From: a bacterium
GTDB lineage: Bacteria > Patescibacteriota > Minisyncoccia > Phycocordibacterales > UBA9973
Assembly: GCA_037127795.1 (NCBI GenBank)
Contig: JBAXXQ010000001.1
Location: 335,505-399,504 of the forward strand
Length of the DNA stretch: 64,000 bases
Direction: 5' to 3'
The position numbers and the translations under genes are program-made. The notes beneath the pieces are model-generated. The model did no database searches. It saw nothing but the letters and a program-made list of their open reading frames with translations, and was not told where the DNA came from. This document shows positions 58,628 through 64,000 of this stretch, one piece after another. The stretch's first letter is position 1. Each line of letters starts with the position of its first letter.

Positions 58628-59796
58628 AGTATTGTACCGTGATGTAATTTACTAAATACTGTCACCAAAAGTCCTACAGGATCTGGTTTGGGATTGAGTG
58701 GACCAGTAGTCACTACATTGGTAAATAAATCTGGGGTAACAAAATGACAATTGAGCTTGGCTCCAGCACTATTGTGGCGAAGAAGTGGATGTCCGGTAAG
58801 TGTCGATTGAAAAAATACCGCAAAGCGTGAGTCGCAGAGGATCACACATTCAGATGGTGCAGAAAACCCAAAGAATCCATTGGCGAGTACTGTATCGAAC
58901 CCTCCAGACCATTCTTTTGCAAAACTGCGCAAAGATTCTTCAACGGTGAGACGTTTTTCATTATGAATAGCTCCGAGCTGATATCCATCGAGTAATGTAT
59001 TTGCTTGGCCGCGAGGTACACCGCTTTCGTGCATGATATGGAAAAGATTGTACATACCGACAGGAAAAGAGTGTTGGTATAAAAATGAATTGTTTTTGAT
59101 AAAGCCAATATCGGTAAGTTGCTCGCCTACATGGATCACCATAGCTGAGTCCTTGATGATTTTTTGCTCTTGCATCACTGTAGCGATCGCAAATGGTGTC
59201 GTAGTATACGATATACCTACTGAGCCATAAAAACGCCGTATAAGTGTATTGAAGCGCTCTATACAAGCCTTTGAGCTCTGGGTCACACAGAGATTGATAG
59301 TCATATGACTAGCTTTTTTATCAAATGGCGATTGTGTCACATAGCCATTGAGACTACATTGCGCAATTTGCTGCTCGATAACAATAAGCTCGTCTCCGGT
59401 AGTGTCTTTGGTAATCTTTTGTAATTCTTGTGCAACAAGAGAATGAAAAAGTTTTTGTGTACAAATAAATGGGGTCAATTCTTCATATGAAATAGTCCGC
59501 GCATGAGATACAAACCAAGGCGAAGATATCACGCATTGCACAGTATCTGGTTTGAGATTTGTTTTGTGTTGGAGGGACTGTAGTGTTGCGTCGAGATATT
59601 TGAGTGTCGTCTCTAAGAAATGTACTACATCAAAATGCTCTTTGAGTGGAATAGTGTTTCGAACAAATGCGACACTGATAGGAAGCTCATGAGATTGTGG
59701 ATCGAGCGGGATGAGAGATATACCGGCACCAACACTACTTGATCCAATATCAATGACGAGGACTGTTTTTGTTTTTTTCTTTGCGAATGAAAACAC
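58624..59796 (-). CDS. FtsA/PilM-like actin-fold protein
   Basis: VLVIDIGSSSV (phosphate-1), SSPW, VIHVGEQLTDI (phosphate-2-like), SFPVG; GTG start. Confidence 0.7.
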   Translation of the reverse strand: MFSFAKKKTKTVLVIDIGSSSVGAGISLIPLDPQSHELPISVAFVRNTIPLKEHFDVVHFLETTLKYLDATLQSLQHKTNLKPDTVQCVISSPWFVSHARTISYEELTPFICTQKLFHSLVAQELQKITKDTTGDELIVIEQQIAQCSLNGYVTQSPFDKKASHMTINLCVTQSSKACIERFNTLIRRFYGSVGISYTTTPFAIATVMQEQKIIKDSAMVIHVGEQLTDIGFIKNNSFLYQHSFPVGMYNLFHIMHESGVPRGQANTLLDGYQLGAIHNEKRLTVEESLRSFAKEWSGGFDTVLANGFFGFSAPSECVILCDSRFAVFFQSTLTGHPLLRHNSAGAKLNCHFVTPDLFTNVVTTGPLNPKPDPVGLLVTVFSKLHHGTIL

Positions 59797-59870
59797 GATG
59801 CACTAAGTATACATCACTTATATAAAATAAAAAAAGCCCAACTAATAAAGGTTGGGCTTTTAAAGATTTT

Positions 59871-60479
59871 TTACATGTAATGCCAAGGCATAATACCATG
59901 ATACGATTTGAGACCTTCAGGAGGATATATTTTACAATACTCTTCATATTGTATTCTTTGTTCTTCTCTTTTTATAGCCTCCTTCCTCTCTTTTTCTTTT
60001 TGATGATATTCAGCAATTACTCCTTTTTCTGAGCCTATTACATTAGCAAATATATGAAATAGTGCCATTGCTGTAAACAGGACAATATAGATAGGTATAA
60101 AACTTGCATCAGAGGTAAGTTTTAACATAGTAAGTATTGCTATACCTACTCTTACCCCCAAAGAACATACTATACAATAAATACTTCCTGGTATTATAGT
60201 TTCAAGTACTCCTATCCAAGCATTAGATGCTAAGCGTCCTGCCCATCGTCTATCGGTTACTGCATAGACAAAAGTATATGCAATTACACCCAAGAAAATA
60301 GTACCCAATACTAAATACATAACCAATCGAACAAAATCTTTTGGTTGTGGATTTTCTAAATAAAAGATTTGTTGTACGTGCTCTACATACTTAAGAGCAT
60401 TAATTGCCTTAAAACATAATACTGAAGCACTAAAAAGAATGAGGACTGGTATAGCCCTGCTGAAAAATAATTTAAACAT
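59871..60479 (-). CDS. 4-TM hypothetical protein (AT-rich cassette)
   Basis: TTGACA (60537-60542)-16-TAGTAT promoter; terminator 59830-59860. Confidence 0.7.
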   Translation of the reverse strand: MFKLFFSRAIPVLILFSASVLCFKAINALKYVEHVQQIFYLENPQPKDFVRLVMYLVLGTIFLGVIAYTFVYAVTDRRWAGRLASNAWIGVLETIIPGSIYCIVCSLGVRVGIAILTMLKLTSDASFIPIYIVLFTAMALFHIFANVIGSEKGVIAEYHQKEKERKEAIKREEQRIQYEEYCKIYPPEGLKSYHGIMPWHYM

Positions 60480-60543
60480 AAGTAGTATTTTTTTAGTTAA
60501 AAAACTTTTTTAACATACTACTATACAGAGACCTTTTGTCAAT

Positions 60544-62283
60544 TTATTCGATAGTCGCTTTGATACGGCGGATGCCGGCTGCGACAGCTTCTTCTTTTTG
60601 GATTTTGAACTTCCCTATTTCTTTGGTATTGGATACATGAGGACCACCACAAAATTCTTTTGAAAATGGGGTGCGATTTTGATCTTCAATAAAGTACACC
60701 GATACTGTCTCGGGATATTTTGCACCAAATTCCATTTGTGCGCCGATAGATTCTGCTTCTGCAAGTGACATTTCGCGTTTTATTACAGAGAGCCCTGCTG
60801 CGATTTTTTCATTCACGAGATTTTCTACGGCAACTTTTTCTTCATCGGTAAGTTTTCTATCAAAATTAAAGTCGATACGAAGGCGCTCTTCGGTGATATT
60901 ACTTCCTCGTTGCTTGATACTTGGATCCACTATCTGCTGAAGTGCTGCAAGGAGAAGGTGGTGTGCGGTGTGGAGGCGTACTGTCTGCTCATTAGTATTT
61001 GCAAGTCCTCCTTTGAATTTTTGTTCAGCACCAGAGCGTGATGCGGCTTGGTGTGCAGCCATTTCTGTTTTAAATTTTTCTATATCAATAGTATGACCCG
61101 CTTCTTGAGCGAGCTCGACAGTAAGCTCTATTGGGAAACCATAGGTAGTAGCGAGAATAAATGGATCAGTACCTTTTGCAAATTCTTTCAAACCAGCTTC
61201 AAGTGTTTTGCGAAATTTTCCTTCTTCTTCAGTTATTTTTTCTGCTATAGGCGCATCGACAAGCTCTGGATAAGCGTCTTTGTATATAGTAATAAAATCA
61301 CCAATATGTTCTGCTATAAAATTTTCTGGCAATTCTATATGGCGAGCCTGCATCACTGCACGGCGAATAAGACGGCGCAAAATATAGCCTTGATCTTTGT
61401 TTGCAGGTGTTACTCCGTCTGCAATCATAAACATCGCACTGCGAGTATGGTCTGCAATAATACGCGCACTTCGTTGTGAGTATTTTTTTGCATTTATTTG
61501 TATCGCTTGCATGATAGGCGCAAACATATCTGCTTCATATACATTGTCTTTGCCTTGCACAATCATAGAAATACGTTCAAGTCCTGAGCCTGTATCTACA
61601 TTTTTTTGAGACAATTGTCCGACTACGGCGCCATCCTTTTTCTCAAACTGCATAAAGACATCATTCCAAATCTCTACCACTTGCCCCGCATCATCTGCTG
61701 CGACATATTCGTCATGGCTCATATCGCCAAGACCGTCTACGGTCACATCATAAAACATTTCTGTATCAGGACCACAAGGGCCGTTGTCCCCCGGTGACCA
61801 CCAGTTGTTTTTCTTTGGTAAAAAATAAATACGATGTTCAGGAATAAATTGTTTCCAGATTTCTACCGCTTCGAGATCGCGAGGCGCATCCTCATCTCCT
61901 TCAAATACTGTCACATACAGACGACTCGGATCGAGCCCAAGACCAAGCTCTTTTGAGGTAAGAAATTCGTAACTCCAAGAAATTGCTTCTTTTTTGAAAT
62001 AGTCGCCGAGTGACCAGTTTCCAAGCATTTCAAAAAACGTAAGATGGCGTGCATCTCCGACATCTTCTATATCGCCAGTACGAACACATTTTTGGCAACT
62101 TGCGAGACGATCCCCTAATGGGTGCTTTTCGCCCATAAGATACGGTACGAGTGGTTGCATACCTGCAGTATTAAAGAGTACTGAAGGATCGTTTTTGGGT
62201 ACTAAAGAAGCACTGGGCAAAATCGCATGTCCGTGTGATGCAAAAAAATCTAAGAATCGTTTTCGTATTTCTGTACTTGTCAT
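60544..62283 (-). CDS. alaS: alanine--tRNA ligase (no C-Ala domain)
   Basis: FNTAGMQ, HLTFFEMLGN, GPCGP, DTGSGLER, HTAHH/CGGPH editing site. Confidence 0.96.
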   Translation of the reverse strand: MTSTEIRKRFLDFFASHGHAILPSASLVPKNDPSVLFNTAGMQPLVPYLMGEKHPLGDRLASCQKCVRTGDIEDVGDARHLTFFEMLGNWSLGDYFKKEAISWSYEFLTSKELGLGLDPSRLYVTVFEGDEDAPRDLEAVEIWKQFIPEHRIYFLPKKNNWWSPGDNGPCGPDTEMFYDVTVDGLGDMSHDEYVAADDAGQVVEIWNDVFMQFEKKDGAVVGQLSQKNVDTGSGLERISMIVQGKDNVYEADMFAPIMQAIQINAKKYSQRSARIIADHTRSAMFMIADGVTPANKDQGYILRRLIRRAVMQARHIELPENFIAEHIGDFITIYKDAYPELVDAPIAEKITEEEGKFRKTLEAGLKEFAKGTDPFILATTYGFPIELTVELAQEAGHTIDIEKFKTEMAAHQAASRSGAEQKFKGGLANTNEQTVRLHTAHHLLLAALQQIVDPSIKQRGSNITEERLRIDFNFDRKLTDEEKVAVENLVNEKIAAGLSVIKREMSLAEAESIGAQMEFGAKYPETVSVYFIEDQNRTPFSKEFCGGPHVSNTKEIGKFKIQKEEAVAAGIRRIKATIE

Positions 62284-62346
62284 GAATACCACTGTACCAA
62301 AAAATTAGAAATAAAAAAAGCACCCATGTATGGCGCTTTTTTTGTA

Positions 62347-62811
62347 TTATTTTTCTTCTGGAAGAGCTTTGTTGTTCTTGCTCCCTATCTTTTCTACCCA
62401 CTCTTCGATAAACCAGAGCACTACAAATACAAACAATGTACTAATAGTTGCAAGTATTGCAACATAAAATAGTCCAAATCCGCATGCAATACCAATACCA
62501 GCAGAAACCCAGAGTCCACTTGCTGTAGTCATACCGATAGTACGATCATCTCTATGCAAAATCACTCCTGCACCAAGGAACCCAGCAGCAGAAATAATTT
62601 GCGCTGCCATGTGAAAGTCCAAAAAGCTTTGTGAAGTTGTTGTCATCAAAGAAATAATAATAAACAATGCAGAGCCCATAGAGATGAGTGCGTATGTGCG
62701 GACTCCTGCAGTCTTGTGTGCAACAAAACGCTCAGTACCAAGTGCTACACCCAAAAAGAGCGCAATAATAATTCGTAAGAACATTTCGTGTTGTGTCAGT
62801 GTGGTAATCAT
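62347..62811 (-). CDS. MgtC/SapB family protein
   Basis: GTER...AGVRTY...GFLGAGVI...GMTTASGLW. Confidence 0.92.
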   Translation of the reverse strand: MITTLTQHEMFLRIIIALFLGVALGTERFVAHKTAGVRTYALISMGSALFIIISLMTTTSQSFLDFHMAAQIISAAGFLGAGVILHRDDRTIGMTTASGLWVSAGIGIACGFGLFYVAILATISTLFVFVVLWFIEEWVEKIGSKNNKALPEEK

Positions 62812-62834
62812 GTACTAAGTATACAATATTTCTT

Positions 62835-63902
62835 TTATGATGCCATCACGAGTGTATCTATAATCCCGCCACCTATGAGTGTATCGCCATCGTACAAGAC
62901 CAAGGATTGTCCAAGCGGTATGACAGGCATAGCTTGTTTGAAATACACAGTATCCCCATCTAGTTGCACAAGATAGAGCTCTCCGTGATAGCGAATCTGC
63001 GCGGTATATATTTTTTCTGGATTACTATCAACAAAATAATTAGCTTCGCGAAGATTTACTCCTATCTGCTCTACGGAAGCCTGGCTTCCGTAAGCTGGAT
63101 CCTGTGAGACCGTAATAGTATTTTGCTCTATATCTTTTGCAATAACATAGTACGCGCCATCATGAGGAGTTTTTTTCTCTATAGTAAATCCGTGTCGTGT
63201 CCCTATAGTATAAAACCACACCCCAGTATGACTACCGATTTTTTCTCCGTGCTCATTTAATACGTCACCTAGTTTTTCTTCTATGTAGTGCAAAAGAAAA
63301 TCGTGCATATCTACTTCCCCCAAGAAGCAAATCCCTTGACTATCTTTTTTTGTATTTGTAAAAAGTCCTGCATGGCGAGCTATTTTGCGGACATCCTTTT
63401 TTTGTAAATCTCCAATAGGAAGAAAAATGTGTGACAATTCTTCTTTGGTAATCATCCATAAAAAGTATGACTGATCTTTTGAATCATCTACTCCTTTGTA
63501 TAAAAATTCGCCATCGGTGCGAGCGTAATGTCCTGTTGCAACAAAGTCTGCACCGTGCGCCTTGGTATATGCCCACATTGCGCCAAACTTGATAACACGA
63601 TTGCAGAGTACATCTGGGTTTGGGGTGCGACCAGCTTTGTACTCATTGATCATATATTCTGCGACACCTTTTTCGTACTCTTCGCTCGCATCAAGAAAAT
63701 GAAACGGGATATCAAGGTGTGCACAAACGCGCATCGCATCACGCTTTTCATCTACCCATGTACAAGGCAGCCAATCTGGCGCCCACGTCTTCACAAAGAT
63801 ACCTTGGACGTCGTATCCTTGTTTTTTGAGTATATATGCGACTACAGACGAGTCTACCCCGCCTGATACGCCCACAAAAACTGTTTCTTTTTTCTTTTCC
63901 AT
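62835..63902 (-). CDS. mnmA: tRNA 2-thiouridine(34) synthase
   Basis: SGGVDS, TPNPDVLCN, ATGHYA, KDQSYFL, DSQGICF. Confidence 0.97.
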   Translation of the reverse strand: MEKKKETVFVGVSGGVDSSVVAYILKKQGYDVQGIFVKTWAPDWLPCTWVDEKRDAMRVCAHLDIPFHFLDASEEYEKGVAEYMINEYKAGRTPNPDVLCNRVIKFGAMWAYTKAHGADFVATGHYARTDGEFLYKGVDDSKDQSYFLWMITKEELSHIFLPIGDLQKKDVRKIARHAGLFTNTKKDSQGICFLGEVDMHDFLLHYIEEKLGDVLNEHGEKIGSHTGVWFYTIGTRHGFTIEKKTPHDGAYYVIAKDIEQNTITVSQDPAYGSQASVEQIGVNLREANYFVDSNPEKIYTAQIRYHGELYLVQLDGDTVYFKQAMPVIPLGQSLVLYDGDTLIGGGIIDTLVMAS

Positions 63903-64000
63903 TATTTCAAATTCAAAAGTTTTTTAAATACTTCGTATGTTGCATATGCGTCTGCAAAAGCACTGTGCGCATGTGGGTTTACGATATTGTATTTTTCACA
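63902..64000 (-). CDS. 3' end of DEDDh exonuclease (partial)
   Basis: ...CEKYNIVNPHAHSAFADAYATYEVFKKL*, ExoIII HxAxxD motif. Confidence 0.75.
   Translation of the reverse strand, partial: CEKYNIVNPHAHSAFADAYATYEVFKKLLNLK

Noticed and set aside
94-60542. Integron cassette array explaining the orphan units
   Set aside because: No intI and no attC-type RYYYAAC...GTTRRRY sites noticed; units carry their own promoters and are dispersed
1-64000. Alternative genetic code (TGA=Gly)
   Set aside because: Core genes are full length in code 11 and TGA terminates the YqeY gene (15522-15524) at the expected position

Overview
Low-GC bacterial chromosomal window with the gene content of a Patescibacteria/CPR genome (Parcubacteria-like; inferred from compact core proteins, split transketolase, short L13/ObgE/AlaRS, standard genetic code and absence of Shine-Dalgarno sites). 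Core content: translation genes (rpsM-rpsK-rpsD-rpoA-rplQ-rplM-rpsI cluster with infA/rpmJ, plus rplY, rpmE, rplI, rpmA, prfA, lysS, alaS, gatB, tgt, mnmA, rsmI, tRNA-Ala, tRNA-Ile), grpE/dnaK/dnaJ, a sugar-phosphate cluster (gap, rpiB, rpe, split tkt, PfkB kinase, fba, FAD oxidoreductase) and envelope proteins. The most striking pattern is a two-tier architecture. Core genes have a -10 box 6-10 nt before ATG (apparently leaderless). About 14 AT-rich orphan units are scattered between them, mostly singly, most built as TTGAC(A/T)-16/17nt-TANNNT promoter, A-rich leader, one ORF and hairpin terminator. Several of these encode proteins with Bacteroidota-style export signals or degenerate signalling folds, and one encodes no ORF but a ~265-nt highly structured RNA. 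Several unannotated microproteins and an in-frame palindromic insertion were also found. No transposase, integrase, reverse transcriptase or CRISPR array was seen. All functional calls come from motif recognition by eye; no searches were run.
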